NCBI GenBank assembly: GCA_019058365.1
Contig: JAHPZE010000003.1
Coordinates: 1-64,000 of the forward strand
Length of the DNA stretch: 64,000 nt
Origin: Promethearchaeota archaeon
Lineage (GTDB): Archaea; Asgardarchaeota; Lokiarchaeia; Sigyniarchaeales; SOKP01
Direction: 5' to 3'
Made by a program: the position numbers and the translations under genes. The notes beneath the pieces are model-generated. The model made no database searches and had not been told where the DNA came from. It saw only the letters and a list, made by a program, of their open reading frames with translations. Below are positions 9,242 to 18,229 of the stretch, in pieces. Each line of letters begins with the position of its first letter. Position 1 is the first letter of the stretch.

Positions 9242-10552
9242 TTAGTTTTTTTTATTATTATTTTCAAGTTTTTCACAATACAATGATATTTCATGAATAA
9301 AATCTTTAAGATTATCGATCTGGGATCCAATGAAATTAAAGATTTCTTTTCGATATTGAACTGAATCTCTAATTTTCATCTTATCTAATCCTAAATAATT
9401 CGGAAAACATATGAGTTTCATTAAATATGGAAGAACTTTTTCATTTGTTTGTAAATCTTTAAAGATTGCATAGAATATATTTTCATCAGATAGTTTCCAT
9501 TTCAAGATCCCCATATATATCAAGAAAGAAAAATTCATTGAAATCCAATTAATTAATTCCTTTGATAAAAATCCTCTTCTTTGAGAAGCAAAAGCCAAAT
9601 AATATAATATTAGCGTTTCATTACTAAATTGTGGATAATATCTTATTGTTCCATCAGATTGTTTATTCTCTCGTAAAAAATTATTTTCTAACAATAAATC
9701 TACAAAATCCTCTTGTGGTGCCAAAAATATTCCATCAATTAAGCGTAACCCTAAACGTTCAGCAATCCTTTCTATAGCTTCTTCTTCTGGATTCGCAATT
9801 GAATCGACATATGGTAGAAAGATATCACTTTTTAAGATCATTGGAATTTCATGGTTCTCTTTCTCCGGATATTCTCCAAAGTTAGGATCTAAGTTATAAA
9901 GTGATGTTATATTGTTTATTATTTGATAAATCTTTGGAGATATACCAGGAACTTCAAAATATTCTAGACTCTCCAACTTTTCTCTATAATACGTATGAGA
10001 TTGTAATAAATGACGTTGACATTCATAAATGTCAACAGATTGTTGGAGTAATTTATTATATATGATCTTAAGATTTCCACCTCTTGGAAATAATTTGCTC
10101 TCAATAAATTTCACTAGCTGATATAAGTAAGTATTCTCTAAATTAAGTTCATCAGGATTCGTAATATGACGTAATATATTTAAAGCATTAACGGATTCAT
10201 GTAGAAAATCTAAAATGTAATCCTTAATATCAATTATAGGGATTTTTTCTCGATATTTAACAATAAAATCTTTAATAATATCATAAACATTTGATCGATA
10301 CATAGCAGAAAATTCTGAAAGTGCCCTAACTTTACGAATATTTCGCTTTTCTTCTTCTTGACGTATCTTATCCAAGATTTCTGTATCTAACAATAAATCT
10401 GCATCTAAATCGATAATAATTCTTCTTGTTTCTCTAAGAATTGGACGCATATGACTGATAAATGTTAAATATCTTGGTAAGATGTCTGTCCATTTCTCTC
10501 TTTTTCTCCCCGGTTTTACAATTCTTGTAGATTTTTTCTTATAGCTCATCAT
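9242..10552 (-). CDS. Hypothetical protein (436 aa)
   Basis: Long ORF with GGAGG SD-like motif upstream; no recognised family. Confidence 0.75.
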   Translation of the reverse strand: MMSYKKKSTRIVKPGRKREKWTDILPRYLTFISHMRPILRETRRIIIDLDADLLLDTEILDKIRQEEEKRNIRKVRALSEFSAMYRSNVYDIIKDFIVKYREKIPIIDIKDYILDFLHESVNALNILRHITNPDELNLENTYLYQLVKFIESKLFPRGGNLKIIYNKLLQQSVDIYECQRHLLQSHTYYREKLESLEYFEVPGISPKIYQIINNITSLYNLDPNFGEYPEKENHEIPMILKSDIFLPYVDSIANPEEEAIERIAERLGLRLIDGIFLAPQEDFVDLLLENNFLRENKQSDGTIRYYPQFSNETLILYYLAFASQRRGFLSKELINWISMNFSFLIYMGILKWKLSDENIFYAIFKDLQTNEKVLPYLMKLICFPNYLGLDKMKIRDSVQYRKEIFNFIGSQIDNLKDFIHEISLYCEKLENNNKKN

Positions 10553-10575
10553 AATACCTCCAATTTGTAGTTATA

Positions 10576-11715
10576 TTATTCTTCCTTGTAACCCACTAAA
10601 ATTTCGGTAAAAATGTTAGAGATCTCAATGAAAATGGGTATTTCCACTCGGCATAAATTTCCCAGTATCCACTTATTAACGTCTTTAAGCAGAAATCTTA
10701 TTTGATTATGGATCTTTTTATTAATTTCTGAATCTATTATTTTAGATAACCATAATCCTCCTCCTATCCTATATGCTATGATTTTAATGAGTGGTTCGAA
10801 TAAAGGTTCTAACACATGTTTCATCATCCAAGATTTTGGGATAATGCTCATATTTTTTTCGTCAAAATTTGGATCATTTAAAACTGGATTCGTTTCATCA
10901 ACGCTTAGTTTAGGCATAAAACTAAGCAGTAATATTAGTGCAAATATTGCAGAGATTCCATTAATTGTATAGGATCCTCCAATTTTATCAATATTATCTC
11001 TATTAATTGCTATATTTGCTAAAAACATGCAAATGAAAATATTTCTATCAAAATTATTTGAAACATAAGCATATCCTAATTCTTCATCAATGATCAAATA
11101 TTTCTCTTCAAGAATTTCAATAATTTCACTTGGAAATGTATAGAACACATAGACTTTTTCTTCACTCCTTCTTATATCCTTTTCAATTACTAGTTCTTTG
11201 GATACAAGTCCAAACATATTTACAAGTTCTTCAAGTTGTTTTTTCACATAATGACGTGGTTTATTTGGATCTCCAAACATAGCAAAAAATTGATGATCAA
11301 CGATATGAAAGTCATTTCTCTTGCTAAACGCCTCAACCATTCTATCTATTATCGGCCCTTGAGTTTCAGATGCTATAGCTTTTGCTTTAGATGTTACAAA
11401 TCCGTTTAATAATTCATTAATGATAAAATCTTGTTCATGAGTTCTCGATTTTAAAATCTTTTCAAAAGCTTCGGAAAAATTATTAGTGTTTGGAAAAAAT
11501 GCATTTTGAATTTTATCATTAATCGATTTTAAAAAAAGATCTCCATTATTTTTTGGAAAATGAAGCTTTATATTGTTTAACCTTTGAATCAAAGCCTCTT
11601 TTGCACCGGGAATATTTTCTACATCTCTTTTTTGCAATTCTTCTAATGCTTTTTCAAGTCCATCTTGAAATTCATTTAATAATCCTTTCCATGTTGTATC
11701 TTGAGCTTCTGTCAT
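10576..11715 (-). CDS. Hypothetical protein (379 aa)
   Basis: Long ORF in a tight co-directional cluster. Confidence 0.75.
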   Translation of the reverse strand: MTEAQDTTWKGLLNEFQDGLEKALEELQKRDVENIPGAKEALIQRLNNIKLHFPKNNGDLFLKSINDKIQNAFFPNTNNFSEAFEKILKSRTHEQDFIINELLNGFVTSKAKAIASETQGPIIDRMVEAFSKRNDFHIVDHQFFAMFGDPNKPRHYVKKQLEELVNMFGLVSKELVIEKDIRRSEEKVYVFYTFPSEIIEILEEKYLIIDEELGYAYVSNNFDRNIFICMFLANIAINRDNIDKIGGSYTINGISAIFALILLLSFMPKLSVDETNPVLNDPNFDEKNMSIIPKSWMMKHVLEPLFEPLIKIIAYRIGGGLWLSKIIDSEINKKIHNQIRFLLKDVNKWILGNLCRVEIPIFIEISNIFTEILVGYKEE

Positions 11716-11741
11716 AATTTTCTCTAACTTTTTAGTAACTT

Positions 11742-12710
11742 CTATTCATCTATAGTCCAATCTAATTCATTTGAAATTTTTTTTAGGGCATTGATTAATG
11801 GTCTAACAAGCTTTTTATCATAGAGGTTCGGAGAAGACATGCCTCTCTGAGCTTTCCACCCCATCTGAGTGCCATTTCCCATCTCCCTCTGTCCATATTT
11901 TAAAATATTACTTAAATCACGAACCCACCAATAGAACCTTAACCATTTTTTATTGGGATTATCCTTAGAATATATTATTGCTAATGCTTTCCACTCCCCC
12001 ATCAACCATTTAAGAGTTATTCCACTAACAGGTAAATAATAATTTATTGGAAAATTAGCATGAAACCTTAAATCGAGATCTTCTGGTGAAATATTAAAAA
12101 TTGGCTGGTTATATCCTTCCAATATAACAATTTCTCCACAGTGCTGACACTCATAATGGGATTTCATTTTATCCATTTTTTTCTGGCATCTAGGACAAGT
12201 TCGATTTTCAAGAATCCTATATTTTATAATCTCTAAATTCTTCTCTCTTTCTAAGTCTTCTTTTGTTTTAGATTTTTGTTTGCCATATTTTCCACTCCAA
12301 TTCCATATATCATCAAAAGAGCTATCAATTTTTTCCAAAGCATTGATTGTGTTATTTAAAACATGTTTATCATAAATTTTAAACATACCTGCATGTTGAT
12401 AATTTTTCCACCAAGATAATCTCACATATTTTTCATCTTTTAGATAGGCGCTATGACAAATCAATGCTGCGAATAACCGATTTTCGGTTTTATTGATTGT
12501 GATACCTTTTTCACAGATTTCATATTGTTTATTCAAACTTGCGTTTTTATGAAAATACATACCCTCTTGAAACATTCCTTCTTCAATTTTAATTTTACCT
12601 TTTGCTTCTGTTTTATTGTCACTTTGCTTAACAATTTTTTTACATCGAGGACATTGAAAAATTCCCTCTACTAAGGTTTCCATCTTGATATCACATGCAG
12701 GACAATTCAA
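11742..12710 (-). CDS. Protein with two repeated zinc-ribbon plus PC4-like nucleic-acid-binding modules
   Basis: CPAC..CPRC and CPRC..CQHC, each followed by a related domain (KYVRLSWW / KWLRFYWW; YDK..L...INAL.KI in both). Confidence 0.6.
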   Translation of the reverse strand: MNCPACDIKMETLVEGIFQCPRCKKIVKQSDNKTEAKGKIKIEEGMFQEGMYFHKNASLNKQYEICEKGITINKTENRLFAALICHSAYLKDEKYVRLSWWKNYQHAGMFKIYDKHVLNNTINALEKIDSSFDDIWNWSGKYGKQKSKTKEDLEREKNLEIIKYRILENRTCPRCQKKMDKMKSHYECQHCGEIVILEGYNQPIFNISPEDLDLRFHANFPINYYLPVSGITLKWLMGEWKALAIIYSKDNPNKKWLRFYWWVRDLSNILKYGQREMGNGTQMGWKAQRGMSSPNLYDKKLVRPLINALKKISNELDWTIDE

Positions 12711-12712
12711 AT

Positions 12713-13813
12713 TTACTCATCACTACTCATTAATACTAATCTTTCATAATCTAAATTTAATAATTTTAGTTCTTTTTCTGTTATTTTAGAAATTTGTTCA
12801 TTAATCTTTACTAACTCTTTTCGCAACTCAATCAAGGAATTTTGAATATGATTTACTAATCCATCTTGATTAAAAGACACTTTTTCGATAAATTCTAAAT
12901 AACCATATTTTTTGTTTTTACCTGAATAATATTTTTTTAAATCTATTAGTTTATTATTAATTTGTTCAATTTGGAATCTGCACTTTAGCATAGACAACAG
13001 TTGTGAATTCCATTGTGTAAATATGTCATCATTTTTATCAATTTTTTCAAAATTGAACTTTTCTGAGAGTTCTACTTTTTCATCTTTAAGATATTGAATA
13101 ATGTCTTTATTTTCTTCTATAGCGTTATTAATTTTTTTTATTACTAGCTTTAAATTTAATGCGGGTTCAACAATTTTAATATGTCTAGTAATTTTTTCTT
13201 GAATTTCTTTATACTTTTGATAAAATCCTTCAATGGTAATTTCAATTTTAATTGCTTGATATATGTTCCCATATTGATCCAAAATATAATAAAAATCATC
13301 CGATAAGGTATAATCATGTTCACCAATCTCTTTAATTAAGGAATGAATAAGATTACTTTTCTCACACCGAACTCCTTTTAACCTCGTAAGAGCTAAGTTA
13401 AAATTCCTTCTAGTTAAAAATTTAAATTTCTTATTTACTATTAAAAAAAGAGTGTCATCAGGAACTGAGATTATGTCATTCTCAATAGTTATTGTTTCCT
13501 CACCTAACTTAATGATAAAATCATTATCTTTTTGTTTGAATTCTCTCAAACTTCGAATATTTTTAATTAAGCCTAAGTCTATATAAATTTCAATAAATTC
13601 CTCATCCCAAAAATTTACAACGTTGCTTTTATAAATATCATCTAAAACTAATATTCTCTCAAAGGATTCTATAAGATTATCGTTGGTCAAATCTTTAAAT
13701 AAATCATTTCTAATGATATATAGGAAAAGAATTATGTATCTCATATCTACATTATCAAGAATGTTGTCAATAAGGTTTTTATCATCTTCCAATGTTAAAT
13801 TAGTATGTTCCAT
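12713..13813 (-). CDS. Hypothetical protein, possible winged helix plus coiled coil
   Basis: RRNFNLALTRL...YTLSDDF wHTH-like segment followed by long amphipathic helices. Confidence 0.65.
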   Translation of the reverse strand: MEHTNLTLEDDKNLIDNILDNVDMRYIILFLYIIRNDLFKDLTNDNLIESFERILVLDDIYKSNVVNFWDEEFIEIYIDLGLIKNIRSLREFKQKDNDFIIKLGEETITIENDIISVPDDTLFLIVNKKFKFLTRRNFNLALTRLKGVRCEKSNLIHSLIKEIGEHDYTLSDDFYYILDQYGNIYQAIKIEITIEGFYQKYKEIQEKITRHIKIVEPALNLKLVIKKINNAIEENKDIIQYLKDEKVELSEKFNFEKIDKNDDIFTQWNSQLLSMLKCRFQIEQINNKLIDLKKYYSGKNKKYGYLEFIEKVSFNQDGLVNHIQNSLIELRKELVKINEQISKITEKELKLLNLDYERLVLMSSDE

Positions 13814-14012
13814 ACCTAAAATCCACTCATATTTTTTTAAACTGCTAATATATTTCAGTCAAAAAGAGTATTTGAGATAATTAACCATTCCTAAAAAATT
13901 TTACTAAAATTCTTGAAATGTTTTCACATAAAAGCAAAAATATTTTAGCTTTCCTTATCTTTATTCTAAATGATGTTAGATAGATTTATTACATATTTAC
14001 GTAGTGATATTA

Positions 14013-14622
14013 ATGGGAAGAAGAAAACGTAAACAAGTATCACCAAAAAGGGTTAAAAGAGTACCTAAAATTTTCACCTGCCCAGAATGAGTAAATCGGA
14101 TTCCGATTTTTCCTCGAATGCGGTGAAAAAAGCGTCAAAGTAACTGATATTAAAAAGAAGGGTGCTTTTGCAACTGTGAAATGTGGAAATTGTGACTTAA
14201 CAAAAGAAGTATTAGTTAATTCGATTTCAGAACCCGTTGATGCTTTTGGAGATTTTATTGATGTCTATTATGCCGATCAAGAACTACAGAGATTAGAAAA
14301 AAGAATACAAAAATTGAAAGTTGACCACGAATGGGGAGAACTTGCATTAGCCTACTCTATTTTGTCAGATCTTTGTAAAACAAAAGCTGCAATATTGCTA
14401 GATGAAGAAAATGTTAATTTGGATGAAGTAAATGACTGGAAAGCGAAAGCTGAAGAATTTAAACGACTTGAAAAAGACACATTATTGAAACTTGATACTG
14501 AAGAATTAGATCGAGGGGTTCGGACCGATGAAGAATCTTTATTTACCGAAAGTGATACTAAAATAAAAAAGGAAAGAAAAATTGAAGATATTTTTGATGA
14601 TCCTGGATTTTTAGAGTTTTAA
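14013..14622 (+). CDS. elf1: Elf1 transcription elongation factor with helical C-terminal extension; interrupted, exons 14013-14087 and 14119-14622, 192 aa when joined
   Basis: MGRRKRK...PKIFTCPE|CGEKSV...ATVKCGNC...SEPVDAFGDFID matches the Elf1 pattern once 31 nt are removed. Confidence 0.85.
14088..14118 (+). other. Putative BHB-type mRNA intron in elf1
   Basis: Central helix CCAG/CUCG (3 of 4 pairs); two AAU bulges; intron hairpin AAAUCGG/CCGAUUU; exon-exon stem of about 10 bp; AA|U cuts restore the frame. Confidence 0.75.
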
Positions 14623-14647
14623 AATTCTAATAACATTTATAGCAATT

Positions 14648-16390
14648 TCATTGTAATATTCTTTTTTTCATTTTTTCAGGTATATGCTTCCATATTGGTA
14701 ATTTTAATATATAATTGAAAAATTCATTATGATTCATTCCTTTTTTTAATATGAGGTAACTCCAATTTTGAAAGGCTAATCTGTTAAATAGTTTCATTAA
14801 TTTTGTTCCTATAGGATTATATTTTGAAGCTAAAAAACGGGCAAAATAGGCACCAGGTCTTTTAGTTTGAGGAACAGATTCAGGATAAACAGATTCAAAT
14901 AATGGTTTATTAAAAAATTCATATAAAGCTATAATTGGAAGAAGGGTATCTAAGAGTAAACTGATTTTTTTTTTATAATTCTTGTCATCTAAGGAAAGGA
15001 TTGTTAATTCTTTTAATTTTTTTAATGCAAATTTATACTCTCTTTCTTTAAAGAATAACCACATTTTTGCCATTTTATCTCTTAATTTCTCTAATTTATG
15101 CACAACTTCTTCTTCTTCAAAATTAAAATTATGCTTCTGTTCATAATAATTAATAAATGATAATAAAACTGAATTCGCGGACTCTTGTTCATATTTATCG
15201 ATACTTTCTTTTTCTATATTTAAAATTTGTAAAAATTTTCCTCCTTCCTTGGGATTATAGATTGAATGCATATAAATAGGGGTAGTAAATAATAGTTCTC
15301 TAATTTTTTCCAATAATGTCCTATAATGACCATATTTATCTATAATTGGGTATTTCTTTGATAGTTTTTGGGATATCCTCGCAAACTCTTTCGCAGAATG
15401 CTTTGATCTTTCAAATCTAAATTTTAATTTGTCGGTTTTTTTTAATTTGCTTATGAGATTATTTCTTTTTTCTCTGTAGAAATTAATTTTTTGGATTAAT
15501 AATTTATTTACATTCAGTAGCTCTTTAACATAAGAATAGAAATCAATATCATAATTTTTAATGATATCATGATAGGATATTATGGGAAGGGTCAAGATCT
15601 TATTCTTACTGTTTTTTTCAATTCTCATGGCATGATCTCCAATAGAATAATAAAAAGTAGAATTTTGAAGAACTTCATCTAATGAAAAAAAATTACCTAA
15701 TGGTTTTGCTTCATTTTTAAAATATCCGTGTAAAATGGTATCGATTCCTTTATACACATTATCATTATATTCTGATATAATGACAGATTCAAATTCTCCC
15801 GGATGATGCCTTTTAGATTTTAAGCGTTTATTTCCCAAAACAATAGCTTGATTTGCTCTATGGGATACTGTATAGACCCATTTTAGTAATGGATCAAAAA
15901 ATTTTGCAAGTTTAAACTTATAATGATAGAATTCGGGACCAAAGTAAATAGGAAACCCAAAACCTCGTGAGGTTGAAAAAATAAATTGAAAGATATTTCT
16001 GATCTTTTCACCTCTTGAAAATCCAGGGAACTGAAGATGAAGTACAATACGAGGATAAAGTGCTTGTGTACCTAAATGCATCCACGCTTCGAATAGGATA
16101 ATGCTACCTGGAAACTTAACTAAATTATTTTCATTTAAAAATTTGTTATTTAAAGTGTTTAAAACAGTTGGAATACTTAGGACGTTGTCTTTATTATTTT
16201 TAAGTGATTTTAATTGTTCTTCGATTTTAGCTAAGATTAGTGGTTTTATTTTAATTTGGAGAGCTTCTTTCTTTTTATAATAATTATTTATGACTCTCAA
16301 TAAGGATGTCATTTCAAGAATTTGTCTTTGAAGATCATGAGCTACCCTAACCATAATAATTATTGAGGATATTTCTTTTAAGGGATCCAA
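14648..16390 (-). CDS. Hypothetical protein (580 aa)
   Basis: Long ORF; no family recognised. Confidence 0.7.
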   Translation of the reverse strand: MDPLKEISSIIIMVRVAHDLQRQILEMTSLLRVINNYYKKKEALQIKIKPLILAKIEEQLKSLKNNKDNVLSIPTVLNTLNNKFLNENNLVKFPGSIILFEAWMHLGTQALYPRIVLHLQFPGFSRGEKIRNIFQFIFSTSRGFGFPIYFGPEFYHYKFKLAKFFDPLLKWVYTVSHRANQAIVLGNKRLKSKRHHPGEFESVIISEYNDNVYKGIDTILHGYFKNEAKPLGNFFSLDEVLQNSTFYYSIGDHAMRIEKNSKNKILTLPIISYHDIIKNYDIDFYSYVKELLNVNKLLIQKINFYREKRNNLISKLKKTDKLKFRFERSKHSAKEFARISQKLSKKYPIIDKYGHYRTLLEKIRELLFTTPIYMHSIYNPKEGGKFLQILNIEKESIDKYEQESANSVLLSFINYYEQKHNFNFEEEEVVHKLEKLRDKMAKMWLFFKEREYKFALKKLKELTILSLDDKNYKKKISLLLDTLLPIIALYEFFNKPLFESVYPESVPQTKRPGAYFARFLASKYNPIGTKLMKLFNRLAFQNWSYLILKKGMNHNEFFNYILKLPIWKHIPEKMKKRILQ

Positions 16391-16599
16391 TTAGCTTAAC
16401 CAATAATAAATAAAATTGGTATTTAGTAAGTTAGGTATTTAAAATTTTTAATTTTAATTTTTTTCAATTTTAGAGGAATTTAAATTTTAGGATATATTTT
16501 AGTGAAAGTGTTTAATCTTCGACAATTTGATTTTCTGATTTAAGTTTCTCTTTAATTAATAGAAAATTTTTGATAAAATTTAAAATGTGATAAACAAAT

Positions 16600-17043
16600 T
16601 TAACCAGATTGGCTCTTGCGTTTACTAAATAATTCTTTGAGTTCTCCCATAATCGCCCCTCTCAGAGATACGGGACTTGCAGGACGACTTGGTCCAGGAG
16701 CAGATCCCGGTCCTCCGGGTGGCCCTCCAGGTGGAGGGGGAGGGGGTGGAGGACCTCCAGGCGCACGTGGAGCTGCGGGACTTGATGCTACGGGAGCAGT
16801 TACTCCTGGAGCTGCCGCAGATCTTGATTGAAGTGACGTAATTTGACTATTTAAAGAAGTTATCTGGTTTTGTAAATTCGATACTTTATCGTTAACAGAA
16901 CCAAGTGATTGATCAACCAAATCAGGGATACGTAAAACAATTGACATTATTTTTTCAATGATATCGGCTAAAGCATTTAATTTTTCTTCAATTGGTGCTT
17001 TTCGAGTACTATCCAAGAAGCTTGCAAATTCTTCAGCACACAT
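16600..17043 (-). CDS. Coiled-coil plus polyproline protein with C-terminal amphipathic helix
   Basis: Heptad segment, GGPPPPPPPPGGPPGGP, then SLRGAIMGELKELFSKRK. Confidence 0.75.
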   Translation of the reverse strand: MCAEEFASFLDSTRKAPIEEKLNALADIIEKIMSIVLRIPDLVDQSLGSVNDKVSNLQNQITSLNSQITSLQSRSAAAPGVTAPVASSPAAPRAPGGPPPPPPPPGGPPGGPGSAPGPSRPASPVSLRGAIMGELKELFSKRKSQSG

Positions 17044-17169
17044 TTTAACTCTTTAAGTCTAGTAATTTTTTATTTTTTTTAATAAGTTAATAGATTTTTA
17101 TTTAATAAATTTAAGTTTAAGCATTATTATTTTCTGACCAAAATATAAAAAAGGAAAGAAAAGTTGAAT

Positions 17170-17793
17170 CTAGCTTAATTCACCAACAGTATCTTTTAGT
17201 TTAATCCATAACGCGTTAATTTCATCTCTTACTTCAGTAAATTGAGTTATTTTTTTAAGTAATATATCTCGAGCTCTATCAAAATCTCTTTGAACATCAT
17301 TCAATTGTTGGTCGAGGATGTTTAATCTATCACCATCAATTAATTTATTTTTCGCTTTTTCAGCATCTAGTGCTTTTTTTATCACAGCAGTTCTTCTATC
17401 AGCAACTTCTGCTAATGCATCGACAAATTCCTTCTTTTTCTGAACTAAATATTCTTTTTGAACAGCAAGATCTTTAATCGCATTTAAATATTTATTATTA
17501 GCTTTAATATAATCGTCATTTTTTTGGATTATTTCTTTATATAAGTTAACTTCTTCATCTTTAATATTCGATCTATGTTCTCGGGCAAGTGTTTGCATCT
17601 GTTTTAATACATCCCTGAAAGTTCGATTTAACATCTCTCGAACATTATTTGCTTTAGTTAAATTTTCTGCATACTTTTTTTGAGAACCAATAAGCGCACT
17701 CTGCGCTTTAGCCAGTTTCTTAAACTGGGAAACGAGCTCCTTCTCAGACTTTGCTAACTCTAGCTCATCTTGATGCGTAATTATAGGACTCAT
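17170..17793 (-). CDS. All-helical protein, BAR-domain-like
   Basis: 207 aa in about three long helices; RRTAVIKKALDAEKAKNK...VQRDFDRARDILLKKITQFTEVR resembles SNX/Vps5 BAR helices 2-3. Confidence 0.5.
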   Translation of the reverse strand: MSPIITHQDELELAKSEKELVSQFKKLAKAQSALIGSQKKYAENLTKANNVREMLNRTFRDVLKQMQTLAREHRSNIKDEEVNLYKEIIQKNDDYIKANNKYLNAIKDLAVQKEYLVQKKKEFVDALAEVADRRTAVIKKALDAEKAKNKLIDGDRLNILDQQLNDVQRDFDRARDILLKKITQFTEVRDEINALWIKLKDTVGELS

Positions 17794-17882
17794 AAATTTC
17801 TAAATCTCCTTCTTATTGAATTTTTTTTTTAATCTATAGTTTAATATAAATCCTTTTGATAAAAGATTAATGGAGATTCAAG

Positions 17883-18229
17883 TTATAAATAATTATCCAT
17901 CTTTTTTTGATCATCTTGAGTATCAAAAAAATTATTATAATCTATTTTCGGGATTTCTGGCATTTTTTTATTTCCCAAGTGTTCATATTTATCAGTTATA
18001 TAACTTTGAATCTTACTGAAATGCACATAGTAGGGGATTTGAATTAAAATTACATCATTTTGTTTGCAGTGTTCTAATTTCGTTAAATCATCATCAATTC
18101 TTTGTTTTAGGTTCTCTAAGGTCTGGTTAAAGTATGTTACTGCGCGATAATGTTGTTCTCCTTGAGCTTCAAATGCTACGCTTAGACTTTCATTATACCC
18201 ATCTAATCCCATCTGATTACCCCGAGAGT
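17883..18229 (-). pseudogene. N-terminally truncated PD-(D/E)XK endonuclease-like domain
   Basis: (N)SRGNQMGLDGYN...AFEAQGEQHY...D..K...C....LIQIPY; similarity appears to run upstream of the ATG (18212) into the stop codon of the neighbouring gene. Confidence 0.5.

Noticed and set aside
14088-14090. TGA in elf1 read as selenocysteine (CPE-U)
   Set aside because: Read-through stays in the wrong frame and hits another TGA about 12 codons later; only removal of 31 nt restores Elf1
14088-14119. Alternative BHB register (helix UGAG/CUCG, 25-nt intron)
   Set aside because: The product keeps the in-frame TGA and breaks the CxxC spacing
16616-16831. GC-rich island with a Gly-rich + strand ORF
   Set aside because: It is the antisense of the polyproline codons of 16600-17043, not foreign DNA or an RNA gene
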